The notes under the pieces are model-generated. The model did not search any database. It was given only the letters and a program-made list of their open reading frames with translations, and was not told the origin of the DNA. A stretch of DNA of 64,000 nt from Oopsacas minuta. Lineage: Eukaryota; Animalia; Porifera. Below are positions 1-14,024 of this stretch, one piece after another; the first letter of the stretch is position 1, and each line of letters starts with the position of its first letter. The position numbers were made by a program, and so were the translations under genes. The stretch spans positions 310,001 through 374,000 of the forward strand of contig JAKMXF010000222.1 in NCBI GenBank assembly GCA_024704765.1. Reading direction: 5' to 3'.

Positions 1-305
1 GATGAATATCAAAAAATTTATCTACTAAATAGCTCTAAATTTGTCCAATAAAGACCTTCAATTCTTCATTAATGAAAATCTAAGTTTTCTAGTCTAAATT
101 TACTTAATCACCGATATTTAATTATTCAATAGCTGCTAATTTATTGATATTTATTCAACTATGAGGAATAAATGTATGTACGTATATGTCGTGAATGAAT
201 TGGAATTGGAACTCGGACTTTCTAGCAAAATTAAAAGTCACATTACTAGCAATCCGAATTGAATATTCAATAATTAAAATACAACTTTTGTATTAGGTGA
301 CAGTA

Positions 306-481
306 CAATGTAACCGCCGAAAACCGGGCCTGTGGATTGTGGAAAAGGGGAACACCTGGAAATGGATTGAAAAATATACAAAGCGAATTCCGATTGTTTT
401 CCCGAACTAATGAATCTCCACTAACGGGATAGTTGGGTAGCATTTTGGCATCCTGGCATCCCGTTTTTGGAGGTTACACTG
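306..481. mobile_element. MITE, family with CAGTGTAACCTCC-type TIRs
   Basis: Left end CAATGTAACCGCCGAAAACCGGG is an imperfect inverted repeat of right end CCCGTTTTTGGAGGTTACACTG. Internal GGGTAGCATTTT-like segment is shared with copies at 5768 and 61623. Confidence 0.65.
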
Positions 482-608
482 AAATAATGAATTTGATTTC
501 GATGGTAATTATATCACATAATTTCTCCATTGCAATTATATCGCGAATATAGTAAAGTTATGTAAAATCATATATTTTTGCTCTAAACAACAAATTCTAA
601 TTTTCTAG

Positions 609-3600
609 CATCAGGTGGACGTGAAGGCCTAGATGAAACCCAGTTGAATCGTGAAGTAGAGTCTGTAGCAAGAGATAGTACATCTGTAGCAATGGGTGTA
701 AGAGATAGGAGAAGAGATGATATATTATTAGCTTGTGATAGATTGAGAGCTGAACAGTCTGTGTTCTCTTCTGCACTGAGAAATCTTAAGGCTAATCCCA
801 ATGATGATACTCTCCAGCATAGAATGGAAGGTAGTTCTATATAACCGATAAAATATATGTTACGTCTTTGGGACCATATTTGTACAATTTCGGACTTAGA
901 TGTAAGCTGGTATTTCAATATGTGTGTTCGATATAACAGGAGTTGACTGTATTTTTGAACATTTATTTTCAATATAGGAAGTGCAGAAATGCTCTGTAAA
1001 TACATAGACGAGCTAGACAACACGGTGAGACGTGTAATACTCGAAGAAACTGTGAAAACATTCACAGATACAGACACATCACTTAGTGAATTGATTGATG
1101 CTACAAACTTAGATGATGAAGGGACACTCAGTGAGAGAGTTGGATCATTTCGCGAACACACAAACAAACTAACTAGAGTTAGTAATTATGCAGCGTCAAA
1201 AAGCGGTGAAGAAAGAGGCGTGGCTCGAATTAGATATTTATCTGAGGAAATTGATCGCTTATCACCAAGGGTGATAACTGCCGCAGAAACAGCATTCCAT
1301 ACACGCGATACTACGAATAAAGAGCATCTAAGTATGCTAAGCCGTGAATGGTTAGATCGAGTGAAGAATTTAACTCTAGCAGTTGATGACGTAGTAGATA
1401 TGAAAGAATTTATCGTAATCTGTGAAGATAATATATATTTCTACGTAACACAGTGTAGAGACGCGTTCAAGCAAGAAGAAGCTGGCTTATTGAGTACATC
1501 TGTAATTGCTGTTAAAGTGAGTTAATTTCATAGATTTGTTACAGTAGAAGTCGAATAAGACGTAAGCACGTACTAACCTATGTCTTAATCCGAGTAGGTC
1601 TAATACGAGTTCTGCTGTAATAATAATGAAACGATTGAAATAATAAAAGTAATATCATGAATTTCTGCATAACTACGTATTTTTATCCCCTCCCTATCCA
1701 AAGCCACTCATAATTATTTAAAAAATACGTATCTTGATATCAGTTGACTTAAAATAATGGGGAATAATTCCTTGTAATCTCTGGTATTTCTGACGAATAT
1801 ACGTCTACCATTTATGTAAGATAAAGTTTATTTCAAAAGTCATAGCGTATTGCCTACCCAGTTTTTAATACTCCTATTCAAGCTTGATATGGACATATAC
1901 ATCATCCAAATGATTATCAAATTTATAATCAAATTCGTACATAATTATTACCCTAATGCGTAACCATGTGGGATTAGTTACAGTATATAATTAATATCGC
2001 TCATATAAATGTGCTACATTCCTATTTTGTCACAATGTAGGGACAGTTTCAACGAGTTAAATTCATATCCTCTTTACGTAACTCGCTCATAAGCTCATTT
2101 TCGTAACACGTTGCTTTTGACTATCTAATAAATAACTTTATTAATTAGAGAAATCACCACATCCCTGTGACATGATTATTTAATTAAAAATTTTGCTTAC
2201 AACATTTTTGTAGTCAAATTTAAAGATATTGAAAGTATGCTATTACAAACTAATTTGTTAAGTTGTGTGATAATTTATTGACGTTATTAACTGAATTGAA
2301 CTGGTGTAAGATCCCCACAAAAATGAATTATTTGCAAAAACTGTACAGTTTAGCCCCAAAATATGCACTAAAAATAGATTTAATTAGTTGTCTAATCTCT
2401 AGGTATTTTCATAAAGGATATTATTCGTAGACAATTTATTAAAATTGGAAAATAGACAATTACTTTTTATTTTCATCCAAATTGAACTCCATCAGCAATA
2501 GTATACAAGTCTAGCTAGGTATTACTCCAAAATGTTCCAGAACGCCAGCAGGAAATAATTTGAATTTGATAAAGGAATTCCATAATTATAAATTTGCAAT
2601 TGCATGTGTTTTCAGTTTAAAGTGCAAATTACCCAATTAACATTACTAAATTAATACATCCGCTTGACACTAGTTTATAGCTGTCTCAATTAATAATTGC
2701 TTCCTTCTAAAATCCTATTAATCAACTGCACATCTATTCTAGGCACATTGTCTGCGGGTATTGGACATATGTCGTGCAGAACAGATGAATCGAGAAGACG
2801 AACTCTTCTGTCGAGCACTCTCAAACCAAGCTCAGCGCTTGGAGAGAGTACTCACTCGTCTTGACGTATCAGTAGCGCAAGCATGTGCTGACATGAACAA
2901 CGAATATTCACAAACACAGGTAGCCAATTCCTGTAGAGAAATATGCCAGTGTATAAAGGAAGTTAGGCAACTAGTACAAGGTAGAGGGAGACAAACAATG
3001 CATCGTGAAGAAGCATTAGAATGGACAGAGGCCAGTTGGACATCTCAAAGTCCCTCTGGGGGTAAAAAGAAGAATCACATGTTAGCAACCCACCCGCTTA
3101 GTAAGTCGTATAGTCCTCCAAGTCAATCAAAAGGCACTGAGAGGCCCATTATGACGTCATCACCAGTACACACACAAACAGAAGGAGATCTGCTTCAAAC
3201 TCCCCCGGGATTATCTGCACTCAGTAGTAGATACAGTAATGATAGTTCTCCAGGTAAATAGCTCAAATATGAAATATAATACTGAATACACATTTATGTA
3301 AAACTGCTCTCTCAGCACGATTTCCTCAACTCTAAGGTAGACAATTTTGTACCATATACCCACAAGCAATATGATATGTACTAATAATATTTTATCCAAA
3401 GGGAGCAAAAATAAGGCGAGAACAGTTTGGAATTTCACACAAGAAGACAATACAACTCCTTTCACACGAGAATCTCCTCTATACCAACAAGACACACCCC
3501 TAGACGTGTTAGCTAGGAAATCGAATAATACACAAGACTCCACACAAGTAGGAACTGAGATATCCTATACACGAAGCCCCAGGAAGGTAGAACAATGTGA

Positions 3601-6382
3601 AAACTGGTCACAGACTACCCCACACATACCGGAAGTAATACACAAATCACATCCTTATTATCTATTCGCTCTCCCTGCTGTAGGGTTAGTTAAACATATC
3701 GTACTATCGCAACCGAAACAACTTGAAGCTGAATGTACGTCACTCACAGCTAGGACTTTGAAATTAGTCAGTCTCTGTGATGAAACTGTTGAATCCTGGA
3801 AGTTTATGGGACTACCTGAAGCACGTATGCTTAGACAAGCTAGCCAGCAGGTGACTACACTCACTCCACAGGTGATTGAAGAAGCACAGTTGTTATCGGG
3901 GCAAAGCCAATCTGTACTATCACAGGATGATATACAGAATTTAGTTGGCATTGCAAAGGAATGGGTTAATAAGCTAGGCGGGATGTTAGAACCTTTGGAG
4001 AAATTCTTGACTCCTTGGTCACATCTAGGACATTCTCTCCTTGAATTGATTTTACAGGGAAAGAGACATAGTTTAGAACGACAGTTAGAGCGATTGAATA
4101 GTCTAAGTCTGTTAGTTGTTGAGTTAGGTGACGCTAGTTTGGAGAGTTTATTCCTTATGAATAGAGGGGGAGAGACGAAAGACGCGAGAGAGATTGAACG
4201 AGCTCAGACTCAACAAAAAATACAAAATTTATCAGAAGAACTTAAGCAGATCGTATCGTTTATATTAGAATGTGCAAGGGAAACACCATTGCTTAAAGAT
4301 GACGTCATTTGCCAGGAACAAGTAGCAGTTATGTGTATTGAGTGGAGTGCAAAGATAAACGGGCTTCTCAGCTGTTCCGATCAGCTGAGCGCGGGGATAA
4401 ACCAGCCCGCACATTTCTTACTGGTTTCTATAGAAGAGGGAGCATCACGTTCTACAATACAAGCTTCTATTGCTGACTTGAAGCATTTCACTGGAGAGCT
4501 TAAAGAAATTGGGAATTTAGCAATTAGCGGTTGTACAGATCAGAATATTGTTAGGCAAGTACGTGGAGCTTCTCGTGACATGGAACGGGTAATGGTTAAG
4601 GTAACTAGCATGGTGGAAGGAATACAGATAGACAAATCTAAACTGGAAGTGAGGGAGAATCTTGAAGTACAATTGAGACATTGGGCGATAAAAGCCGCGA
4701 TTATTACCTGTCTTGTTGACGAGCTGTCTCTTCAAGTTTCAGGGCCTGTTGACCAATTAGGTGGTATAGCGCTAGCCATTAGTTTAGCTGATACGTCATC
4801 TAGTAGGGAAGAATTGAAAGAGCAACTTGAAAATATATCCGCGAATCTCTCCCGAAAAATCACACAAATGTATGCACTAGCTCAACAGGTCAATGAACCA
4901 GTACAATTAGGTGCTGCTTCTTTAATCAGACCGGTAAAAGCGTCACTAATCGCGTTAAAAACCGCAACACAGAAATTGGTGGACTCAACAATTTCTCTAT
5001 CAGAAAATTCTGAACAAGAAAATGTGAATATTTTCCAACACAGACGTCGCCAATGGACTTCACTTCTACTCAAGACAATATACGCAATGGATGCGGTTGA
5101 GGATAACAAACAAATATCTCAACTCTCAAGCCTTGTACAGGAACTATTGTTACACGGTATTCCAGAAGAATTGATACCACAGGATGAAGTAATTGAAATA
5201 GATACTCCACCATCTCCAGCATCTTCCCCAATAAAATCTAAGACAATTGAAACACAAGCTGGTACAACAGCTCCATATTCCTCATACAAAGATCCATCAA
5301 GCCCTTTTACAATGCTATCCCCAGATGAGATAAGTTATTCCTCACATACAGATCACCCATATAAACTCAGAGATACAAACCCTTTTCTATCTGATCTAAC
5401 AGCTGATGAGGTTTCATATCCAACTGACCTCACGCCCTCCCTCTCTCCTAACTCCTCATATGGTAGTGGTTTTACTTTGGGATTATCTTTAGCTTCAGTT
5501 GCTAGGAAATTACATAGACAAACAGATATGTATGTAGATGTGGGTAATCCTTTAGTGGAGATTGCTAAAGAGCTTACAAAGCAAATGCTGCATATGTCTG
5601 AACTGGCCAAAGCTAGAGGTAAGCAAAACTTATTGCAAATACAGTCAATATCGGTTTTCATGAGCAATTTGACAGAAAATACAATTAGACACTATTAATC
5701 AGTTTCGACTGAATGCCCATATATGGATAGTATTATACTAATTGGCTATTTATTTTGAAAATCTACACAGTGAATTAAACCTCCACAAACGGTTGGCAGA
5801 TGCAGGAAACAGGGTAGCCATTCTCAGCGTCCTTGGCAGCTTGTTTGTGGAGGTTACACTATATTAATTTTAGGAAATGCAGAATCTAAAATGGAGATGA
5901 TAAACATTGCAAAGAAAATAGCACAAGGCACACAACAAGTAGTAGACATAGCACACGCTATAGCCGATCAGTCTGTTGACAAACGAATGCGTTCTAACCT
6001 GAAGTATTACGCAGATATGTTACCTACATTCACTAATCAACTGAGAATCCTAGCTGATGTTAAAGCTAGCATGCCGAATGATCGATCTGCTGATACTATG
6101 TTAACTAAAAACGCGGAAAATCTAATCAAAGCTGTCTCAAAGACAATTGAAGCAGCGGAGGCAACTTGCGTTAAAGGACTACAACCTTCTAATGACCCAG
6201 AGATAAAACGTACAATCCAAATGGCGAATAAATGGAAACACAAAGTATATGCCGATAGAGTAAAAGAACAGCGATATGCGAAACGAGGACCGCTAGGCCT
6301 GCGAGTTTATTCGGAAAAAGAATCGACTATACAATTCGATAGAAAACTTCCTAAAAGCAACCCATACGAATCGTACGCGTAG
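609..6382 (+). CDS. Vinculin/alpha-catenin family protein, 5'-partial (>=1332 aa visible)
   Basis: GT-AG, phase-consistent exons 609-830, 978-1516, 2743-3253, 3402-5618, 5874-6382 (the 3254-3401 intron is least certain). FREHTNKLTRV...WLDRVKNLTLAVDD resembles the alpha-catenin M domain. DKRMRSNL...LRILADVKA...NAENLIKAV resembles the vinculin tail. Confidence 0.85.
5768..5861. mobile_element. Short MITE copy inside the last intron of the vinculin-family gene
   Basis: Perfect 13-bp inverted repeat AACCTCCACAAAC / GTTTGTGGAGGTT. Same family as 306-481. Confidence 0.6.
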
Positions 6383-9300
6383 TATTTATCCGCCCTAATA
6401 TAACTATTCATAACTCTTTTCTTATATTTTACATTATTTCATACACTAACTGTATTGATATTTATTGCATTACATATTATTTATTATGTTTGTTGGGGAC
6501 TTTAATGCAGCAGACCCTCGCAAACCCGTGAAAGCCTGTACACCCTTTGGAAAATGTTCTAAGATTTTCAAAATGACCTAATTGTACTGCGGGCCAATAC
6601 ATAATTCTATACACCGTATTACACAGGTTGGCAGCCTTTTCATCGTTTGTACAACTTTCGAAAAAATGTACTACTAGTTCCTATAGTATTGTTCAATGCA
6701 TTTCACTAATCTGAACGAATTATTTTCCAATTGGAACAGTGCAATTCGGATGTATCTGAACAAAAAAATGCATTTTTGCGTACGATCGTTTTCTCAGTAG
6801 CTTTGATGGGAAACATGTAGCCTAGCATATTTTGAATTAAATTTTTACTCACTAATTATCTGTGATTCCATAATCTAAGCTCTAAATTTACATATGTCGC
6901 TCATCATATTTATGAAATGAATTAATTCCCAACTATTCTCTATAATGACTTGTATCCTTGAAAGGTAGATATTATCTATTTATTATCTCACAAAACATTT
7001 TGATAAGCCAAGTCTCTCCAAGTAAATTTCCTTTTACAGCTGGTTTAAATTGGGAGAATTCCTTCGGGAATCATAAAAGTGGAGCGAAAAAGTCATTGTA
7101 AATCAAAATCTAACGCGAATAGACAGACATTTAATCATTACAAACTCATATTACGATGACTTTCAAAGACTAAATTATTCTAATTTTAAAATATGTCTCC
7201 CTCTTGTATAATACAATTTGTAAATTCATTAGTTTGGGTTAATTTATACAAGAATGTTGGAGATGGTCGACTCCAGATATTGGAGATATTTTGACGAAGG
7301 ATTCAGACACAGCCCTTAGAAATAATAGAAAATATTGCGGTTCAACTAGAATTTCACTCAATGGGCAAAATTGGAGCGAACATCTTTTAACTCAATTATA
7401 TAATTCGTATGTTCCCTGGTGAGTATTCTTTTCGTGTCGGAAATTTCTGCCAATTTTGAATTCCCAAAGTATTTCCAGCTACAGTAATAATACTAAGTTA
7501 CTAACTGAATTAATATGGTTGAATACAAACACTCATTACAACTATTCTCTTTATATCACTGACTCAACACAGTCTTATTCCATCAATAAAACGGCGAATT
7601 GTACTCGAACATACCCGAAAGGTACATACATTGCGATATCAGATTCTAAAGGCGGTTACTGGCAATTTTTGTAAATTTGGTATTGATTACGGGAGCGATG
7701 AGATAATTCTTAGAGTGTGAGAATACAATATATGAATTGTTAATAGGAAACATTGCTTATATGTATTCTGTTTGTTTGTTTGTTTGTTTGGGTATTGAAT
7801 GAAAAGCCAAGAAAATGGCATATTAGTCTCAAAGTAATTCTCATGACAATATAGAAATTGAAATATGGTGTACAATGAATTGATCGAATTATTTAGAAAT
7901 TGTTGCACTACTTACTTTCTATAGATTTCAGTGTGAGTTGGATGGATTAGTATAAATACAAGAAATGTAAGATACAAATTAGATACAAATTCAATTGAAT
8001 TCAATTGACTAAAAAAAATCATAACACAACTGTCTTCATTACAGAATAGAATATAATGGAATTTAACAGAGATATATATTACAGTGACCGCATAGAGAAA
8101 TTCAAAGAATTCAACAAACTATCTGAATCAACGGCAAAAAGCTCGCGATCACATTCTAAATTCAATTCAGAAATATCCGGTGCACAAGACGACTTTGAAA
8201 GATGGCTTAATAAAACAGCCAATTATGACGTCACAATTAGATAATTCAGAAGAAATATATATCCTTCAGTTCATCATGCATCACTTGCTGAATCCGCGCG
8301 TTCAAATGATTAAAAGCCAACTCTCTTATTCAAGCAAGCTCACACAACTCAATCAATTCTTTTTGCAGAGCAATTATTCAGATTTGATAGTTTTACTCCA
8401 GATTTTATCACATTCTCATTACTTTGCATATTTATTGAAATCAGCATTCATTTTTAACTTTTTATGCCGCTTCTGTGCTGAACAGATAAATAAAGCATGT
8501 TATCCCTATATATTCAATATACTTATAGTTTATTACGATAATATCATACAAATTTGGAAACTATCCAAATATACAAATTGGTCAAGCAAATTTCTCAAGG
8601 ATAATTCATATGTGTAATATTCCGAAATTTCAAAATGTAGCATAGGTTAACAGTGCATAAGTTAGGAGGAATTTGAGAGATTTTATTCTATTAGCAAAAT
8701 AATAATTGTTATTGCGTACTATCTACCGGGAAAATATTGCTACATTTGATGTATTTGGGAGACATTTTACGACAGATCTACTGTGTAAATTTTCAGCTTT
8801 GCTCCAAATTCTGAGACAATTTTAATAGCATTTTCAGTGCTGAGTGGACTTTTTAAATTCTGTTAACATTTAACTTAAAGATACTAACATTGCAGAAATA
8901 ACATCACCCAAGTACAAAGCTAGACTTTCAAGTAATATTCTTAACTATGAATAGTAGTATTTCAAGAATGTTAATTAAACATGACCTCAACAGCTTAAGC
9001 AATATTATAAAGTCTCAAGTGACAATGGGCTTGTACGTATGTCAGAAATATTAATTCTATAAATTTCAATTAGACCAATTACACATATTGAATTCCCCAA
9101 TGTACACCCATAATGCTAATCATTGTACAATTGAACTTCTCTTGTTATATTTCTCCACCCTTAATAAACCACTGATACTTAACCAGGCTTTCATGTGGAA
9201 TCATTGGAGTTGTATCATACGTACTATTCCTTCAGCAATGATAAGGAAATGATTGAAGTATTTCTATAATTATGATTGGTTTTTACGTGCGTGGGTAACT

Positions 9301-9881
9301 AATATCTATCAGCACTTATAGTTCCTGAGAGAAATATTTTGTTTGAAATTTTCTTCTGGAAACTGTTACCACAAATAATTCTCAAAAAATACACCCGTAA
9401 CATCCTTCTGGAGAATTTCATGGTGCACAGTTAGAAACTATCGCTAATCCAAACAGCCCGGCACCAAAAAATACAAGATCGTTCCGATCGGTGAATTTTG
9501 TTCGGATTAATAAATAGCATTGAAAGAATCCAAGTTGTATAATACGTGATCTATTTGAACGTATTATACGTCTAGGTTAATCTCGAAATAGGAGATTTTG
9601 ACATTTTGGACTTGTATAAATCACACGTATTATCAAGCATTATATAATTTTGTCAGCTAAGCTAATACTTCTCATTAACAATTCGAGAACTTCTGTTTTC
9701 ATGCGAAATAAATTGCAGAAATCAGCCCAATAGAAGTTACGTCGACCAAAAATTGTAGGTTGAACGTATACGAATTGTAAAATCGTATTATACGTAATAC
9801 GTCCTCATTAAAAGACGTATTAAACAACTGAAGAAATAATACTATATGATCTAGAATTACATATTTAAACAAGATGAAAAC

Positions 9882-10717
9882 GGGGCACCTGTATTAGGTC
9901 GAATTACGGTGTTGGCATTAGGTCGAATTTACTATGTATGCTCTAGGTCGAATTCCGTGTGTTGGCATTAGGTCGAATTCCGTGTGTTGGCATTAGGTCG
10001 AATTCCGTGTGTTGGCATTAGGTCGAATTTCGTGTGTTGGCATTAGGTCGAATTTACTATGTATGCGCATTAGGTCGAATTTACTATGTATGCTCTAGGT
10101 CGAATTTCGTGTGTTGGCATTAGGTCGAATTCCGTGTGTTGGCATTAGGTCGAATTTACTATGTATGCAGCATTAGGTCGAATTTCATTGTTTACAATAA
10201 GTCGAATTCGGAGCGCATCCACTAGGTCGAATTCTATTTTAGCTAAGTTGTCAATAGAGCGAATGTATATTAGCTATGAATATCACTTTTATAACGCCAA
10301 TTCATATTTTGAGAAACACTGAATGCTTCCTTAAATTTCTAAAAAACCTGCACAAACGTTTTAAAAGCAAAAAATCCAGCGATCCCTCATTTTGCAAACT
10401 TTTCTAATAATTAATCCAACAAAGGTCCATCCAAACACAAAATTAGCATGGACTCCACATCCCCGTCCCTAGGTAGCTCAATAACGAGTACAATTGAAAA
10501 CTCCCAGACCGATAATGTAGTGAACAAAATCCCTAATCCCCTCCCAATGGTACGGGTTTATAATTAATATAATAAAATGTCCTATCACGTCCTCGTTTCT
10601 ATAAATCCATTTTCTATATCGATCTATTGACAACATAGCTAAAATAAATTCGATCTATCACAATATCTTAATTCGACCTAATGCCAACACCGGAATTCGA
10701 CCTAATGCAGCTCTCCC
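9882..10717. mobile_element. Non-autonomous TIR DNA transposon (Merlin/IS1016-like or other 8-bp-TSD class), 836 bp
   Basis: 48-bp TIRs starting GGG with 5 mismatches, flanked by an exact 8-bp TSD ATGAAAAC (9874-9881 and 10718-10725). Confidence 0.85.
9893..10233 (+). repeat. Minisatellite of ~25-bp units with core ATTAGGTCGAATT
   Basis: About 14 tandem units in two main variants (...CCGTGTGTTGGC and ...TACTATGTATGC). Two inverted units lie at the right TIR. Confidence 0.9.
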
Positions 10718-12756
10718 ATGAAAACGCTGTCAAAATGTGCAAATTTTGACAATTTTCAAAAATTGTATCGCATTATGCCCTGTACCGATTAGCAATTGTA
10801 TACTGTAGCAACAAACAAACGGATATATACAACAATTAAGACAATAGGATTTGCTCGAGACGCTACTAACATCAGTCATAGTTTCCAGTGATAACAATTA
10901 ACACAGATACCTCATACTACAAAGGCGATTACCTAACATTTTCAAATACTGTTAAATTTGAATTAATTATGAACCATTACTCATACTTTCTAAACAGCTC
11001 CATTTCTCGTAAAGGTTCATTGAATCCTTACTGTTGTATAATGGTTACATCAAAATCTTTTGAGACTTTTCAACGAACATAGACCAAACACTTCAATGCT
11101 TTCCAATTCTGGCTAAACGGTGTCGGCTGTTACAATATAATAACAGTCATAAATTATTGAATATCTCGAATTAATATACACTTTTATATTTAATCGGCTT
11201 TAAGAAAGAAATTGTGTATCAGTCGAATGGTTCCTTTGATATTACCTTATTGGGGTCATGAAAAGAAGTACAGCAGTACAACAGTCCTACTTAAACACCA
11301 TTCATTTAAGCTATGTTGCTAATTGACCTATATATTCATGTTAAACTATTCGAGTAATATGAAAGCTGTATTTATTCGTTTATTGTGTATATGGGCTGTT
11401 CGTGTAACAATGTGCTTAAGTCTATTAAGTGAACTAACGTATTGTTATTCTCATGAGTTGTACTATACAACACTAAAATTTTGAATTTAACAGTGTCTAT
11501 TATTTGACACAATAAATGAATTACTGTAGCCTTACCCTTATCATACTTTCTAGCCGCTTGTAATAATTTCCCAAATTTAACGTTTACCCCCCCTCCCCTA
11601 ATCAATCCGAAAATATCCAGACATATAGCATAAAAGTGTTCAAATTGAATAGGAACTTACCTTTGGGGAATTTCGCATTTTGATTTGAGTGATCCATTAT
11701 TTCGCTTTCCTACGGGAATCTTGAAATTATACGAAATATCTATACATCTCTATATACACTTGACAGTTGGCATTAACAAATGGTTTCTGAAGAAGGAAAT
11801 ACATAATACATGAATTATTATAATCATCCATCATATCATGATATCCACAAACGTGGTCACAATTCTAATTCGAGAGTTTATATGATCAACAATATAAAAT
11901 TGAAAATACATGAGATCATTAAGCCACACCCCTCATTCATGGAATCAAGAAATTTCTCAAAATCATGACGCAAAATATAGTCATTAGCCTAAGGACGGTT
12001 GGTGAAATATTCAATCTCATCTTGTGGGCGATGACAATACATCGCAAAAATAGCTGACTGATAAAATTACTGTCACCACATACACATGTGAATGCAAATA
12101 TACAGACATCTTCCTCAATATTTTTGGAATATGTTATTACATTAATATCCCACGCGATGTGAATATTTATCCAAATTCTTAGAAACAAGGGTTAATTTTA
12201 GAATTATTATCTTGATTTTTCAACCATAATAAGGAACGAAATTCTCTTCATTATTCTAAGAACCTGCCGGGCGCTATTGAGCAAACAATATACAGGTTTA
12301 CAATTCTGAATTAGAAGTGTCTACTGTCAAAAATTTCGCGAATTATATGCACCTGAGTTGTAAGGCATAATAATCAAATATTATTAAGTTGTTTTGACCT
12401 TTTATGGAGAAAATAAACTAATATCTATATTGTGCAATTAATAAGACACATTGCACCACAATCTGAAGTAAGAGTGTAAAGTTGAATATTTTGTATAAGG
12501 TCTCTAAAGCAACTCGGCTGAAATATGTCAACTATAAAATTGTGGCTAATATTATGAATTAAACTGGGAATTACACAAGTATCTTAGGCAACGAAGCAGG
12601 GACGTGTGTTAGTACAGAAATCATTGCATCTGGCCAGATTGCTATGATGCCATCGAACCTCCTTTATTCCAGGTAGTGTAATTATGTATTTGGACATGCA
12701 CCATGGATCATTAGCTACAACAAAATTCTACTCCTTTTTGTTGGCAGTATAGCATT

Positions 12757-12815
12757 CAGGGACGTCGCCAGGATTTTTCATCTAGGGGACATTGCCCCCC
12801 CTGGCGACGCCCTTG
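12757..12815. mobile_element. 59-bp mini inverted-repeat element
   Basis: CAGGGACGTCGCCAGG / CCTGGCGACGCCCTTG inverted ends, GC-rich in an AT-rich background. TSD not convincing. Confidence 0.45.
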
Positions 12816-12978
12816 CATGCATTGGTCAAGGTAGAAACCAACACGACTATATATTTATTCGTAGCTCAACTAAAAAATCAAATTTAAATCCAACAAATAT
12901 ACCCAATATTGTCAAAAAGGTGCCTTTTATGTTGTAGTTACATTTAACATTTTATTGCAATATTATACATTAGCAGAA

Positions 12979-13461
12979 ATGGCAGTGAACGAAGACACCT
13001 ATTCTCTGGATGGATCAGATGTTAGCGTTAGCGAATCGGAGGCAATATCAAACAAATTTCAACAAATAATCAATAGAGAATACCCCAAATTTGTTGTAAA
13101 TGTTGATTTAATACTAAAGAATATAATAAAAGAAAGTCCAGTTTATGATAAAAAGTTCAGTACAGAATGTATAGAAAAACTGAGAAAAGATAGTGATTTT
13201 TCGATAGAACCTAACGCGAAATTTGCCCAATTAAAAGTCTTGCAGGAAGAGAGAGATCAAAATATGTACGAAATCTTACAACGTACAAATATCATCTGCG
13301 AAAATACCTATGAACAAAGTAAATTTGGAGATGATGGAAAGAAGCAAGCACCATTATTCTCTAACAAAGAAGAACTTTTGAAGTATATCGTATGCAAACT
13401 CAGTACGATTAAGACAAAGGAAACGATTCCAGTTGAAGAGTTAGCATTCGAGTTTGATTAG
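12979..13461 (+). CDS. Hypothetical 160-aa protein (intronless, acidic, likely helical)
   Basis: Open ATG-to-stop ORF with protein-like composition in AT-rich DNA and a TAG/CAG acceptor-like motif just upstream. No recognised domain. Confidence 0.55.
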   Translation: MAVNEDTYSLDGSDVSVSESEAISNKFQQIINREYPKFVVNVDLILKNIIKESPVYDKKFSTECIEKLRKDSDFSIEPNAKFAQLKVLQEERDQNMYEILQRTNIICENTYEQSKFGDDGKKQAPLFSNKEELLKYIVCKLSTIKTKETIPVEELAFEFD

Positions 13462-14024
13462 AATAACAGTTTTTCAATGTAACGCATAACCAATACTATT
13501 ACTTATTAATAATTCTAGCTACATATTCTAAACTAACACTATTACTTATTATTAATCGCACTTGTTACAAATCATGAAACATGGCTATGAAGCAAGATCC
13601 ATAAAAAAGTGTGGGGACCAATGTGAAAATGTGGTAAGGTGCGAAAATCAGTGCATAATTAGACCTCTATAATCCGACAGTGCGGCAGGTTTTTGAAACG
13701 ATGCACCGCCACTGACTGTAGCTGTATTACACATAAGAAATCCAAATAGCAGATATTATATCTCATATTACTCCTAATGTCATCATATTATCAAAATTCC
13801 GAAAAAAACATATTATTGAGTAATTTAATTCCTTAATTAGTCTGATAAGCAATTCATGAAAATTTCTAGAAATTTCTCATCAAATATACCAGTGCTATTA
13901 GCAAATTTAGAAAGGAGTCTTGTTACAGCCTATAATATGCCAGTATGTAATTATTACGTATGCTACATATATGTCACCAAATATATTTAGAAAATCCTAA
14001 ATCGTTAAAAGATTCCTATTACGA

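Noticed and set aside
583-1167. 194-aa minus-strand ORF, and similar antisense ORFs (3658, 4882, 5353, 6037, 16352, 17435, 42220, 53486-54601, 61094)
   Set aside because: Antisense shadows of well-supported genes, with no motifs of their own.
7768-7790. (TTTG)n microsatellite
   Set aside because: Ordinary short simple repeat.
9893-10233. CRISPR-like repeat/spacer appearance
   Set aside because: Core is only 13 bp, the 'spacers' are 11-15 bp and recur, there are no cas genes, the context is eukaryotic, and the array lies inside a TIR element.
11937-12188. 83-aa ORF and neighbouring short ORFs at 7456-11605
   Set aside because: No ATG-led, recognisable product; composition is typical of random AT-rich ORFs.
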